Shown here: piece by piece, positions 36,792 to 46,637 of the stretch | Layout of the letters: every line of letters begins with the position of its first letter | How positions within the stretch are numbered: the stretch's first letter is position 1 | Assembly: GCA_004212735.1 (NCBI GenBank) | Contig: SHBD01000002.1 | Span: 156,323 to 220,322 of the forward strand | Direction: 5' to 3' | Source: SAR116 cluster bacterium | GTDB taxonomy: Bacteria; Pseudomonadota; Alphaproteobacteria; Puniceispirillales; Puniceispirillaceae | Length of the DNA stretch: 64,000 bases | Made by a program: the position numbers and the translations under genes | Notes under the pieces: model-generated | What the model saw: only the letters and a program-made list of their open reading frames with translations | Databases searched by the model: none | What the model was told of the DNA's origin: nothing

Positions 36792-37118
36792 TCAGCGTTG
36801 GCAGTCAACGCACAGAGTGACAGCGGGATCAATCTCTAGCTGTTGCCGGGAGATATCTTCACCACAGGCAAGGCAATAGCCAAATTCATCCTTATCGAGA
36901 CGGTGAAGCGCCGCTGCCAACGTGGCCAAACGCGCCTTGCGCCGCTCCTCACGCGCCAGATCCATTGATTGCTGTTGGATGGCGTCCATGCGCGACAAAC
37001 GGCCGACGGATTGCTGGTCAAGCTCAACCGGCGCACAGGCCTTTCTGCCGGCGTCACTCAGCATTTGCAATTCTTGTTGTTCGCCCTCAATTCTGGCGCG
37101 AATATAGGCTGCATCCAT
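36792..37118 (-). CDS. DksA/TraR-family C4 zinc-finger protein
   Basis: 108 aa. Coiled-coil N-terminus and CLACGEDI...LCVDCQ zinc finger. Confidence 0.75.
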   Translation of the reverse strand: MDAAYIRARIEGEQQELQMLSDAGRKACAPVELDQQSVGRLSRMDAIQQQSMDLAREERRKARLATLAAALHRLDKDEFGYCLACGEDISRQQLEIDPAVTLCVDCQR

Positions 37119-37172
37119 TGTCGTTTCCGCCCCGTTCGACTCTCACATTCCGGTTTTCAACAATCCATCGAA

Positions 37173-37194
37173 AATAAATGATGACACATTTATT
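37173..37194. promoter_or_regulatory. inverted repeat AATAAATG-N6-CATTTATT in a divergent promoter region
   Basis: 8-bp perfect arms between the dksA/traR-like gene (start 37118) and the racemase-like gene (start 37259). Confidence 0.25.
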
Positions 37195-37258
37195 ACAAGC
37201 TGTAGCATTGGGCAAACGTTGCGAGACACACCACAAATGCCCCGACGAGGCTGCCATC

Positions 37259-38050
37259 ATGACCAAAACCATAGGGCTAATATCGCTTCCCGGATGGGAT
37301 GATCCCGCCGTTCAGGAAATCACCGACATCAGTCTTGATCCGGTGAATGTGCAAAGCGTGATGTTGGCGGAGAATGTGGCCACTTACACGCTTGATGGAA
37401 TGGCCGGTACCGACGAGGCATTGATGAAGGCGGCAGCGCACCTTGCCGGCAATGGATGTGATCTTGTCGCCTGTGTTGGCACCTCGCTTGGATGGGCAGG
37501 CCAGCCAAATACAAATGCAGCCCGTCTCCGTGGTCGCCGCATCGCCGCAAAGGCAGGTGTGCCACTGATCATGACCGGAACGGCGATCATTGATATGCTG
37601 GGCCTTTTGGGTGCACGGCGGCCAGCGCTTGTCTGCACCTATCATCCAACAGACTGGAAAAACGCCTGGCACCATTATGTTTTCAACACCGGCCTTGATG
37701 TCACCCTTGCCCAGAATTTCAGGGATGCGGGCATTGTTGGCCCCGCCTCGCTGCCAGAGGCGCTGCGCAATCCCTCACCTGAATTGATCAAAAAAGCGGT
37801 TGTTGGCATCGCCGCAGACGCCCCAGACAGTGATGCCATCGTCGTAACCGGCATGGGCGCCCGAACATTAAACCAGATAAAGGCGCTCGAAGCCGCCGTT
37901 GGCATGCCCGTGCTTGGCGCTGACACAGCGCTTTATGCCGCGCTTGCTCTTGCTGCCGATTTGCATTTGGTTGAGGGTTGCCTTGGCCAGATCACATCCT
38001 ACCTGACACCAGTTGACATATCGGCTCCGAAAGCCGCGGAGACGAAGTGA
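37259..38050 (+). CDS. Asp/Glu/hydantoin-racemase superfamily protein (maleate isomerase / arylmalonate decarboxylase-like)
   Basis: IGLISLPG..., CDLVACVGTS and AIVVTGMGARTL segments have the two pseudo-symmetric halves of this fold. Start at ATG 37259. Confidence 0.6.
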   Translation: MTKTIGLISLPGWDDPAVQEITDISLDPVNVQSVMLAENVATYTLDGMAGTDEALMKAAAHLAGNGCDLVACVGTSLGWAGQPNTNAARLRGRRIAAKAGVPLIMTGTAIIDMLGLLGARRPALVCTYHPTDWKNAWHHYVFNTGLDVTLAQNFRDAGIVGPASLPEALRNPSPELIKKAVVGIAADAPDSDAIVVTGMGARTLNQIKALEAAVGMPVLGADTALYAALALAADLHLVEGCLGQITSYLTPVDISAPKAAETK

Positions 38051-38943
38051 ACTCAACAGCGCGGCTGTTGCCGTGGCTTGGCCTTCTGGTGATGGGGGTG
38101 TTTTGGGGTCTGTCCTTTTCATTCACCCGAATGGCCGTTGAAAATGGGGGCACACCGCTTGGAATTGCCTTTTGGCAATCGATCATCTCAAGCGTAATCC
38201 TGCTGTCATTTTCGAGCCTTCGTGGCCGTCATTTTACCCCGCGCCGCCATCATATCGGCCCATTCATTATTATCGCGCTACTGGGTGTTGGCGTTCCCGG
38301 CGTGGCCTTTTTCATTGCCGCATCGCGTGTCCCGTCCGGCATTCTTGCCATCACGGTTACTTTGGTACCAATTCTGACCTATTGCATGGCACTGAGTCTG
38401 CGAATCGAAGCGTTTTCCGTTATACGAATAGGCGGTGTGTTCTGCGGTGCGCTGGCGATTCTGTTACTTGTTCTGCCAAGCAACAGCCTGCCTGACGCTG
38501 CTGCCACGCCCTGGGTATTGCTGGCCTGTCTGAGCTCACTGTGCTACGCCGCCGAGAATATTTATCTGACACGCAAAACAATCAGTGATATCGGGCCGAT
38601 ACGGATTGCCTGCGGCATGAATGTGATGGCGATTGTGCTGCTTGGCCCCCTCGCTATTGCGTTTGACCAGATGTTCCTACCAACCCTGCCTTTTGCCACA
38701 CTGGAGTGGTCATTAATCGGCCTTGGTGGGATCTCTGCCATCGCCTATACCCTGTACGTTCTGACGGTTAAGCGCTACGGACCCGTCTTTGCCAGTCAGG
38801 TTGGCTATCTTGTTACAATTTCTGGTGTGTTCTGGGGAATGGCGATCTTTGGCGAGGTGCATTCGACCTGGGTCTGGGCATCACTGGCTTTGATGATGAT
38901 CGGCCTCGCACTGGTATCACCACGCCAACAAGAAAACGCCTAG
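38047..38943 (+). CDS. DMT superfamily (EamA-like) transporter
   Basis: 298 aa with ten hydrophobic segments. The start overlaps the upstream stop by 4 nt. Confidence 0.8.
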   Translation: MNSTARLLPWLGLLVMGVFWGLSFSFTRMAVENGGTPLGIAFWQSIISSVILLSFSSLRGRHFTPRRHHIGPFIIIALLGVGVPGVAFFIAASRVPSGILAITVTLVPILTYCMALSLRIEAFSVIRIGGVFCGALAILLLVLPSNSLPDAAATPWVLLACLSSLCYAAENIYLTRKTISDIGPIRIACGMNVMAIVLLGPLAIAFDQMFLPTLPFATLEWSLIGLGGISAIAYTLYVLTVKRYGPVFASQVGYLVTISGVFWGMAIFGEVHSTWVWASLALMMIGLALVSPRQQENA

Positions 38944-39161
38944 AATTTGGATGTTGCCCAGGAAAAGACATATAGTGCCACCGGCAGAATCATCATGGCT
39001 CCCCCTCCATATCTGGCCAGAAAGGTGATCATTTGCGGCAGGTGATATTGATCCGGTTTGGCCAGCCGCCGCTTCTCAACGGCCTCACCACCGATATATA
39101 TGCCATAGCCAACACCAGCAATGATGATGGTAATCAGCGCTTCGGGGTTTTCCGGGGTCAT
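38940..39161 (-). CDS. small membrane protein (73 aa), unknown function
   Basis: The ATG at 39161 is preceded by AAGGAG. Two hydrophobic helices. The longer ORF start at 39251 lacks a ribosome-binding site. Confidence 0.45.
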   Translation of the reverse strand: MTPENPEALITIIIAGVGYGIYIGGEAVEKRRLAKPDQYHLPQMITFLARYGGGAMMILPVALYVFSWATSKF

Positions 39162-39324
39162 TTTATCGCTCCTTGCTGACGGCCAGCAGGACATGTTGTC
39201 TTTATGGCACTGCTGGCAAAGAGGCTTAGCTGTCGCATCTGGTAAAGGCAAGATTTTAGCATCAGGCTAACCCTGTGCGCCTGCAAGCCTTTCCGCCTGT
39301 AAGCCTTTCCGCCGGAAGGGCAGA

Positions 39325-40032
39325 TCAGACGCCAAGATAACGGGATTTCACGCTTGCATCACCAGACAGCGCCACGCTGTCACCGCGCCAGACGATTTTG
39401 CCTTTTTCCAGAATGAAATGTTGATCTGCAAGCCGCGTAAGGGCGGCGATATTCTTGTCGACGATAAGAATGGATTGTCCCGTTGTCTTGAGAGTGGCCA
39501 GACAATCCCAAATCTGGGTCCTGATGATTGGCGCGAGACCCTCCGTTGCCTCATCAAGGATCAGCAATCTTGGGTTGGTCATCAACGCTCTGCCAATGGC
39601 CAGCATCTGCTGCTCACCGCCAGAAAGATGACTTCCTGCGTGGTCAACACGCTCACGCAGGCGCGGAAAAAGATCGAGCACACGATCATAAGTCCACTCT
39701 GCCGCCCCTCCACTTGCTGCCGGACGATGGAAGGTGCGGAGGTTTTCCTCGACGCTTAGATTGGAAAAAATCTGCCGCCCTTCGGGAACAAGACCGATAC
39801 CGGCTCGGGCGATATCATGAACATCGCGCGGTACATTGCTGTCTCCAAAGCGCGTGATACGACCTGCCTTTAACGCCAGCTGGCCCATAATTGTCCGAAT
39901 AGTTGTCGTCTTGCCCATGCCATTACGGCCCATGAGAGATACACAGCTACCGGGCATCACCTCCAGATCGACGCCAAACAAAACCCGCCCGGCACCATAT
40001 CCCGCCTCAACATTCTCGAGTTTGAGCATCAC
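39325..40032 (-). CDS. livF: branched-chain amino acid-type ABC transporter ATP-binding protein (LivF-like)
   Basis: Walker A GRNGMGKTT, signature LSGGEQQML, Walker B LLILDEATEGL. Confidence 0.85.
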   Translation of the reverse strand: MMLKLENVEAGYGAGRVLFGVDLEVMPGSCVSLMGRNGMGKTTTIRTIMGQLALKAGRITRFGDSNVPRDVHDIARAGIGLVPEGRQIFSNLSVEENLRTFHRPAASGGAAEWTYDRVLDLFPRLRERVDHAGSHLSGGEQQMLAIGRALMTNPRLLILDEATEGLAPIIRTQIWDCLATLKTTGQSILIVDKNIAALTRLADQHFILEKGKIVWRGDSVALSGDASVKSRYLGV

Positions 40033-40782
40033 CTAACCCTCATCTCCCAGATAGGCAGCAAGAACGTTGCGGTTTGCTCTTATCTCATCAGGCTCTCCGC
40101 TCGCAATGATCTGCCCTTCAACAAGAACTGTGATCACATCAGCAAGCCGGAAAACTGCGTCCATATCATGCTCTATCAGAAGGATACCAACATTTTCCCG
40201 CATGCTCTCAATAACGCGTGTCATATACATAGTTTCTTCGGGACCGGCACCAGCCATTGGCTCATCAAGCAACAATAGTGAGGGAGTTCCAGACAGTGCA
40301 AGCGCAAGCTCAAGAAGACGGCACTCACCATGCGCCAAATCAGACACCAGATCATCAGCGCGGGCCTGCAAACCAACTCGTTCAAGAACGATCATCGCAC
40401 CAGCGATCAGATCCTGATCACTGAAAGCTGGACGGAAGAAGCGAAAAGCCTCATCACGGCGCGCCTGCTCGGCGATGATGGCGTTCTCAATAACGGCAAA
40501 ATCCGTCAACACATTGCTGATCTGGAAGGACCGGCCAATACCCTTGCGCACACGTTTTGGCACTGACAGGCCGGTGATATTCTCGCCATTGAGAAAGACG
40601 GACCCGCTGTCGGGTGTCTCAGACCCGTATATCTGGTTGATCAATGTGGTCTTACCAGCACCATTTGGGCCGATCAATGCGTGGATCTGTCCACGCTCGA
40701 CGGAAAGGCTGATATCTCTTGCTGCCTGCAAGGCGGCATAAGATTTGTTTATATTGGCTAGATTAAGAACAGGAGAGGTCAC
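40033..40782 (-). CDS. livG: branched-chain amino acid-type ABC transporter ATP-binding protein (LivG-like)
   Basis: Walker A GPNGAGKTT, Walker B LLLLDEPMAG. The GTG start at 40782 overlaps the livM stop (GTGA). Confidence 0.85.
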   Translation of the reverse strand: MTSPVLNLANINKSYAALQAARDISLSVERGQIHALIGPNGAGKTTLINQIYGSETPDSGSVFLNGENITGLSVPKRVRKGIGRSFQISNVLTDFAVIENAIIAEQARRDEAFRFFRPAFSDQDLIAGAMIVLERVGLQARADDLVSDLAHGECRLLELALALSGTPSLLLLDEPMAGAGPEETMYMTRVIESMRENVGILLIEHDMDAVFRLADVITVLVEGQIIASGEPDEIRANRNVLAAYLGDEG

Positions 40783-41786
40783 CGGCCGTCTCCCTGTCGA
40801 TAGATTCTTTGCGCCCCAAAACGGGATATCCATCCTATCAAGCCGCCACGGGCAAACAGCACCACAAAAATCATGATGGGGCCGAAAATAATCATCCAGT
40901 TCTCCGCATAGTCAGGCGCGATGAGATACAGCAATTCTGGCAAGAATTCCTCAAGAAGCAAAAACACCACCGCCCCCAGTAACGGGCCAGCCAAAGTGGC
41001 AAGTCCGCCTAGAATGATAATGATCATCAACTCACCAGAGCGGGACCAATGCATGATGTCAGGTGACACATATTCCTGCCAACTGGCGAACAGCGTACCA
41101 GCCACACCGCAGATCATCGCCGAGATGACATAGCCGGTTACCTTGAAACCGAGAGGTGAGAGGCCCAACGCTTCCACACGTGACTCGTTGTTTTTGGTCG
41201 CCTGCAACACCACACCAAATCTGGAGCGGACGAGGAACAGCAGAACCACACTGATGATCAGCAGGGTGGACCAGATCAGATAATACAGCCTGAGTGGGTC
41301 ATACAAATCGAAAAGAACAAACTCAGCACGATCAATGCTCATTCCATCGTCACCTCCATATTGTTCAAGGCTGACGAAAAGGAAGAACAGCATCTGCGCG
41401 AAGGCAAGCGTGATCATGATAAAATAGATCCCGCTGGTTCGCAGTGCCAGAAATCCAATAACAAGGCCCAGAATACCGCAAACACCAAGACTCAGCGCCA
41501 AATGTGCCCACCCGTTATACAGCCCGTAAAATTGACTAATGCCGGCGCAATAGGCGCCGATACCCACAAAGGCTGCATGGCCGAAGGACACCATGCCGCC
41601 GTACCCCAGAATTAGATTCAGCCCCATCGCCGCCATGCCAAGCAACATGATCCGCATCGCAACATCATTCCAGAAAGGCAGGTCAGCATAGGCCGTATAG
41701 GCCGGAAACAAAGCAAAGCCAGCCATCAACCCAAACAGCATCCGCTGTTCTCTTACCCCAGCCAACAACAATCTGAAGAAATCCAT
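40779..41786 (-). CDS. livM: ABC transporter permease (LivM-like)
   Basis: 335 aa polytopic protein. GYGGMVSFGHAAFVGIGAY is typical of LivM. Confidence 0.85.
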   Translation of the reverse strand: MDFFRLLLAGVREQRMLFGLMAGFALFPAYTAYADLPFWNDVAMRIMLLGMAAMGLNLILGYGGMVSFGHAAFVGIGAYCAGISQFYGLYNGWAHLALSLGVCGILGLVIGFLALRTSGIYFIMITLAFAQMLFFLFVSLEQYGGDDGMSIDRAEFVLFDLYDPLRLYYLIWSTLLIISVVLLFLVRSRFGVVLQATKNNESRVEALGLSPLGFKVTGYVISAMICGVAGTLFASWQEYVSPDIMHWSRSGELMIIIILGGLATLAGPLLGAVVFLLLEEFLPELLYLIAPDYAENWMIIFGPIMIFVVLFARGGLIGWISRFGAQRIYRQGDGR

Positions 41787-41792
41787 TTTGCC

Positions 41793-42713
41793 CTAGCCCT
41801 TTGCGGGAAACAGGCCAGTTGGCTTGACCACCAGCACAATTGTCATCAGCAGATAAACCATCATTGAAGCCAGCGCAGGCCCGGCACCATCCGCGGCAGA
41901 TTGTTCCATGAAGCTGCGCAGGATAAGCGGCAGGACAACCCTGCCAAGAGTATCAACAACACCGACAATGACAGCTGCGATAAAAGCGCCACGCACCGAT
42001 CCAAGGCCTCCTATAATGATTACCACCAAAGACAGGATCAACAATGGTTCACCCATCCCGGGTTCTACTGCTGTCAACGGCCCCAGCATAACACCGGCGA
42101 TGCCGGCAAAGCACGCGCCGGCGGCAAAAATGAAACGCCGCAACAAACCAATATTCACCCCAAGTGCAGCAGCCATCGCTTCATTGTTCGCGCCAGCTCT
42201 GACCATTGCGCCAACTTTTGTGCGGTTGACCAGATAATGAATGCCAACAGCGCAGACCAGCCCTGCACCAATCACCACAAGCCGGTACACCGGGTAGGGC
42301 GTGTCAGGCAGGATGTAAACAAAGCCTGACAGGCTGGGCGGCAAATTGGAAAACAGCGCCGCTGGACCAAAGCCAATTCTTATCATTTCATTGAAGAACA
42401 GGATCAAACCAAAAGTTGCCAGCACCTGATCCATATGATCACGCTGATAAAGGTGACGTATCAACAGATATTCCAGCACATAACCGCTGAGAAAGGTTAT
42501 TGGAATTGCGGCCAGTGCTCCAAAATAGAAATTACCCGTGATGCCGGTCAGGCTGGCAGCCGCATAAGCACCGATCATCACCTGTGCACCATGAGCCAGA
42601 AAAACAAAATTCATGACGCCGAGTATCAGAGTTAAACCAGCAGCGATCAGAAACAACATTACACCGGACTGCAATCCGTTAAATATCTGCTCAAGCAGAA
42701 GCGTAAGGGTCAT
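41793..42713 (-). CDS. livH: ABC transporter permease (LivH-like)
   Basis: 306 aa polytopic protein with the LivH-type N-terminus LLEQIFNGLQSGVMLFLIAAGLTLILG. Confidence 0.85.
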   Translation of the reverse strand: MTLTLLLEQIFNGLQSGVMLFLIAAGLTLILGVMNFVFLAHGAQVMIGAYAAASLTGITGNFYFGALAAIPITFLSGYVLEYLLIRHLYQRDHMDQVLATFGLILFFNEMIRIGFGPAALFSNLPPSLSGFVYILPDTPYPVYRLVVIGAGLVCAVGIHYLVNRTKVGAMVRAGANNEAMAAALGVNIGLLRRFIFAAGACFAGIAGVMLGPLTAVEPGMGEPLLILSLVVIIIGGLGSVRGAFIAAVIVGVVDTLGRVVLPLILRSFMEQSAADGAGPALASMMVYLLMTIVLVVKPTGLFPAKG

Positions 42714-42784
42714 GGATCAACTCACAGGGTAACGACAGGGACGCATCAGCCAGCGCACCAATAGATGAGGCGCATCATCAAAAC

Positions 42785-43939
42785 CTAAAATTTGCAGTCC
42801 TTCGCATAGGCATCACCATGATTTTCAAAAACCGTGTCAATAATCTTGGTTGTCGCCACCCCGTCCGAGTCCAACACCACCTCGCGCAGAAAGACGTTCT
42901 GGATTGGGAATTGATTACTGTTCATTTGCAATATGCCACGCGTTGTCGGCATCCCTCCACCAGCCAGCACTGCCCGCATCGCCTCGGTATCGGCGCTGCC
43001 AGCTTTGCCAATCGCATAATCAATTGCCATCATCGTGTCATACGCCTGCGCTGCATAAAAGGACGGATAGCCACCATACTTGGCTTTGTAGTCGGCAACA
43101 AATTTCTGATTCATCGGATTATCAAGATCAGGAGACCATGTCTGGGTCGCAATAACACCCAGAGCCGTGTCTTTCAATGCAGGCAATGAGACCGCATCAA
43201 CAGTGAACACCGTGTATAGCTTGCTCAGATCATTCATGCCGCCCTGGTTCCATTGCTTGACAAAATTGATCCCCATGCCGCCTGGCTGAAAGACAAAAGT
43301 CGCTGCTGGCTTGGCGGCGCGCAATGCCGACAACTCAGCCTGAAAATCGGTCTGGCCCAGTTTTGTGTAAACCTCGCCAACAATTTCACCGGTGTAATGT
43401 CGCTTGAAACCGGAGAGCATGTCCTTGCCAGCCTGGTAGTTGGGCGCCATCAGATAAACAGAGCTTACCCCACTATCCTGCATATATTTGCCCATACCCT
43501 CCGGGGTTTGGTCATTCTGCCATGACATGGAAACGAAATTTTTGTGGCAGCCGCCGCCAGCCAAAGGAGACGGACCAGCGTTGGAACTGATCAACAGCGT
43601 GTCTGAGCGCGTGACCTGTTTGTGGATGGCCATCAATAGATTTGACCAGATGACACCTGCCACAACATCAACGCGATCGCTCTTGATCAGACGATTGGCG
43701 AGCTGTTTTGCAACATCAGGCTTCCGCTGGTCATCAACAAAGATAACCTCGGCATCCACTCCACCCAACTTGCCACCGGTGTGCTCCATCGCCAATTTGA
43801 CTGCATTCTGCATTTGTTTGCCGATAATGCCTGCGCCGCCGGAAAGCGTTGTCATATAGCCAATTTTAACTGTATCAGCCGAAGCTGTTCCTACTACCAT
43901 TGCCGCGCTGATCGTGGCAGCCATCAAAAGTCGTTTCAT
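42785..43939 (-). CDS. periplasmic substrate-binding protein (LivK/type I PBP family)
   Basis: Signal peptide MKRLLMAATISAAMVVGTASA, then VKIGYMTTLSGGAGIIG, typical of Leu/Ile/Val-binding-protein-family receptors. The ORF is open to 44014. Confidence 0.85.
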   Translation of the reverse strand: MKRLLMAATISAAMVVGTASADTVKIGYMTTLSGGAGIIGKQMQNAVKLAMEHTGGKLGGVDAEVIFVDDQRKPDVAKQLANRLIKSDRVDVVAGVIWSNLLMAIHKQVTRSDTLLISSNAGPSPLAGGGCHKNFVSMSWQNDQTPEGMGKYMQDSGVSSVYLMAPNYQAGKDMLSGFKRHYTGEIVGEVYTKLGQTDFQAELSALRAAKPAATFVFQPGGMGINFVKQWNQGGMNDLSKLYTVFTVDAVSLPALKDTALGVIATQTWSPDLDNPMNQKFVADYKAKYGGYPSFYAAQAYDTMMAIDYAIGKAGSADTEAMRAVLAGGGMPTTRGILQMNSNQFPIQNVFLREVVLDSDGVATTKIIDTVFENHGDAYAKDCKF

Positions 43940-44123
43940 TAAGTCTCTCCTATTCCCTGGTAGGGGTGTATCCCCGCAGCAAGTCAGCCTCTTTGCCTGC
44001 GCGCGAGAGAACAATGTCTCATCCGTTAACGTCGTGGTTTTTGCTTACAACATGTCACATAACAACCTTGCAGAAAATCAATTTTGCGTAAATTCAATTT
44101 CGACCACCCAGTCGGAAATTTGA

Positions 44124-44888
44124 TCACTCATCAGGCGATATGCCGAAAAGGCTCGCTGAAATTTCCGCCGATGCGTTCAGTAGCAGCGATTTGCGGGCCT
44201 CCGCATCGGCCAGACTGAAACGCTGCACCGGGCCATGACAGGCGAGCGCCGCAAAGTAACGACCCACCCCATCAGTGACAGGCACCGCAATAGCAACCAT
44301 CCCATGATAAAACTCTTCGCGGTCGAGAGCGAAGCCATCCCTGCGAATCGCCTGTAGCTCGGCTTCTAGTGACGCAACCGTGGTGTGGGTCTGGTCAGTG
44401 AAAGCCTCCAGATTAAGGCTCTCAATCATCTGTTTGCGGCGTAGTTTTGGCAAGCTGGCAAGAAATGTTTTGCCACTCGCTGTGCAGTGAAAGGGCACGT
44501 GCGTGCCCACAGGAAGCATAATACGAAACGGCCAATTCGTCTCGACACGATCAACATATATCATTCCCAGCTTTTCCGGCCGAACGAAGTTCACCGTCTC
44601 CCCAACCTCGCGAGCAATTCTGACGAATATTTGGTGGCAAATTGTCCGGTTGATCGCCAGACGAGACAGGCTGGCCGCCATTTCCATGGTTCGTGGTGTT
44701 ACCTGCAGACGTTTTTGATGGCGTTCAATTAGCCCATCCTCAATCATCGTCTGGCAGAGCCTGTGTATGGTTTGTTTTGGCCATTTGAGTTCTCCATTCA
44801 GCTCAGTCGACGTCAAAGGACGGCCCGCTTCGGCCAAAGCCTCCAGCACATGGACGACCCGTAAATTTGGTGGAATGCGCTCCGCCAT
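44124..44888 (-). CDS. IclR-family transcriptional regulator
   Basis: N-terminal wHTH (VVHVLEALAEAGRPLTSTEL) and a C-terminal effector domain (ASGKTFLA...). Confidence 0.85.
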   Translation of the reverse strand: MAERIPPNLRVVHVLEALAEAGRPLTSTELNGELKWPKQTIHRLCQTMIEDGLIERHQKRLQVTPRTMEMAASLSRLAINRTICHQIFVRIAREVGETVNFVRPEKLGMIYVDRVETNWPFRIMLPVGTHVPFHCTASGKTFLASLPKLRRKQMIESLNLEAFTDQTHTTVASLEAELQAIRRDGFALDREEFYHGMVAIAVPVTDGVGRYFAALACHGPVQRFSLADAEARKSLLLNASAEISASLFGISPDE

Positions 44889-45041
44889 ATTGCACCGTTA
44901 ACTCTCTGATCACTGTAAAGCGATCGAATTCGAAGCTTGATTAAGGTTCATTATCGTGCACACTACCACTAATGATTAAAAAAAGAGATAAAAAGTCTCA
45001 AAAAATGATAAAAAAGTCATTTGAGGCTTTTGGGGGAACAA

Positions 45042-46637
45042 GTGGAATTCGACTTTGTCGTTGTAGGAGCAGGATCTGCGGGTTGCGTGCTTGCAAACCG
45101 CCTTTCGGCGAATCCCAAACACCGAGTCGCGCTTCTGGAGGCCGGCGGCCGCGACAGCTCGCCCTGGATCCACATCCCGGTTGGCTATTTCAAGACAATG
45201 GGAAACCCCAATACTGATTGGTGCTATCACACGCAGCCAGATCCCGGTCTGAATGGGCGCTCCATCGCTTGGCCAAGGGGCAGAGTGCTCGGCGGTAGCA
45301 GCTCGATCAATGGACTTCTTTATGTGCGTGGACAGGCGCGGGATTATGATCACTGGCGACAGCTCGGCAATCAGGGCTGGGGCTGGGACGATGTGCTACC
45401 ACTATTCAAACGCGCGGAAAACTGGGAAGGTGCCGAGGGCGAGGACCGTGGCACAAGTGGCCCACTCACTGTTTCAAAAAGCAGAGTCGCCCGCGATATC
45501 GTTGATGCGTGGGTCGATGCGGCGACGCAAGCCGGCTATTCACGCAATGATGATTATAATAGCGGAAACCAGGAAGGCGTTGGCCATTTTCAGATGACGA
45601 TGCGCAACGGCAGACGCTGCAGCTCAGCCACTGCCTATCTCAAACCGATCCGTAATCGCAAAAACCTCTCAATCTTTACCCACGCACAAGCAGACAAAAT
45701 TGTTTTTGACGGAAAACGGGCTGTTGCTGTCGATTGTCGGATCAAGGATTTAAGAACACGCATCACAGCAAAGGCTGAGATCATCCTTGCAGCAGGGGCC
45801 ATCGGCTCACCACAATTGTTGATGCTCTCAGGCGTGGGTGCCGGTGGTGAATTGGCACCGCACGGGATTGACGTGCTGAACGATCTACCCGGCGTTGGCA
45901 AGAATTTGCAGGACCATTTGCAGGCGCGACCGGTATTCAAATGCACCACCAGCACGATCAACACGGAGATCAGGAGCATCTTTCAACGTCTCGCCATCGC
46001 AGCAGAATATGCGTTGACCGGCTCAGGGCCGATGGCAATGGCGGCCAGCCTTGGCACCGCCTTTCTAAAAACCAATCAGCGGCTGGAGACGCCTGACATC
46101 CAGTTCCATATCCAGCCTTTCAGCGCGGACAAACCAAGTGACGGCAGCCACCCCTTCTCTGCCTTTACAGCATCAGTTTTGCAACTCCGCCCAGAAAGCA
46201 CCGGCCATCTCGAATTGCGTTCCGCCAACCCAAGTGACCATCCAGCGATTCATCCCAGTTATCTGGCGACCACCACGGACTGCGACACAATTGTCGCCGG
46301 CATCAAGGTGGCGCGCACTGTTTGCGCAACCGAGCCGGTCAAATCACTGATTATCGATGAGCACAGCCCCGGTCCCAGCGTTGGTGCCGATGATAATGAG
46401 GCCATTTTGAACTGGGCACGCAACACCGCGACAACAATCTATCACCCGACAGGTACCTGTAAAATGGGCAGCGACAAGATGGCCGTAGTGAATGACAGGT
46501 TGCAGGTGTATGGGATTGAGGGTCTGCGTGTGGCAGACGCATCAATCATGCCGACCATCACGTCCGGCAACACCAACGCCCCGGCGATTATGATAGGCGA
46601 AAAGGCATCCGAAATGGTGCTGAAGGAGGCCGTGTGA
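45042..46637 (+). CDS. GMC-family FAD oxidoreductase (choline/alcohol dehydrogenase-like)
   Basis: FDFVVVGAGSAGCVLANRLS, GGSSSINGLLYVRG, C-terminal HPTGTCKMG. Probable GTG start at 45042 (the ORF is open from 45021). Confidence 0.85.
   Translation: MEFDFVVVGAGSAGCVLANRLSANPKHRVALLEAGGRDSSPWIHIPVGYFKTMGNPNTDWCYHTQPDPGLNGRSIAWPRGRVLGGSSSINGLLYVRGQARDYDHWRQLGNQGWGWDDVLPLFKRAENWEGAEGEDRGTSGPLTVSKSRVARDIVDAWVDAATQAGYSRNDDYNSGNQEGVGHFQMTMRNGRRCSSATAYLKPIRNRKNLSIFTHAQADKIVFDGKRAVAVDCRIKDLRTRITAKAEIILAAGAIGSPQLLMLSGVGAGGELAPHGIDVLNDLPGVGKNLQDHLQARPVFKCTTSTINTEIRSIFQRLAIAAEYALTGSGPMAMAASLGTAFLKTNQRLETPDIQFHIQPFSADKPSDGSHPFSAFTASVLQLRPESTGHLELRSANPSDHPAIHPSYLATTTDCDTIVAGIKVARTVCATEPVKSLIIDEHSPGPSVGADDNEAILNWARNTATTIYHPTGTCKMGSDKMAVVNDRLQVYGIEGLRVADASIMPTITSGNTNAPAIMIGEKASEMVLKEAV

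Noticed and set aside
44921-44940. Polylinker-like string CGATCGAATTCGAAGCTTGA (PvuI, EcoRI, BstBI and HindIII sites back to back), which could suggest vector contamination or an engineered junction
   Set aside because: Both flanks are normal genomic intergenic sequence between intact IclR and GMC genes. The core TCGAATTCGA is simply a 10-bp palindrome. It is most likely coincidence or an operator half-site.
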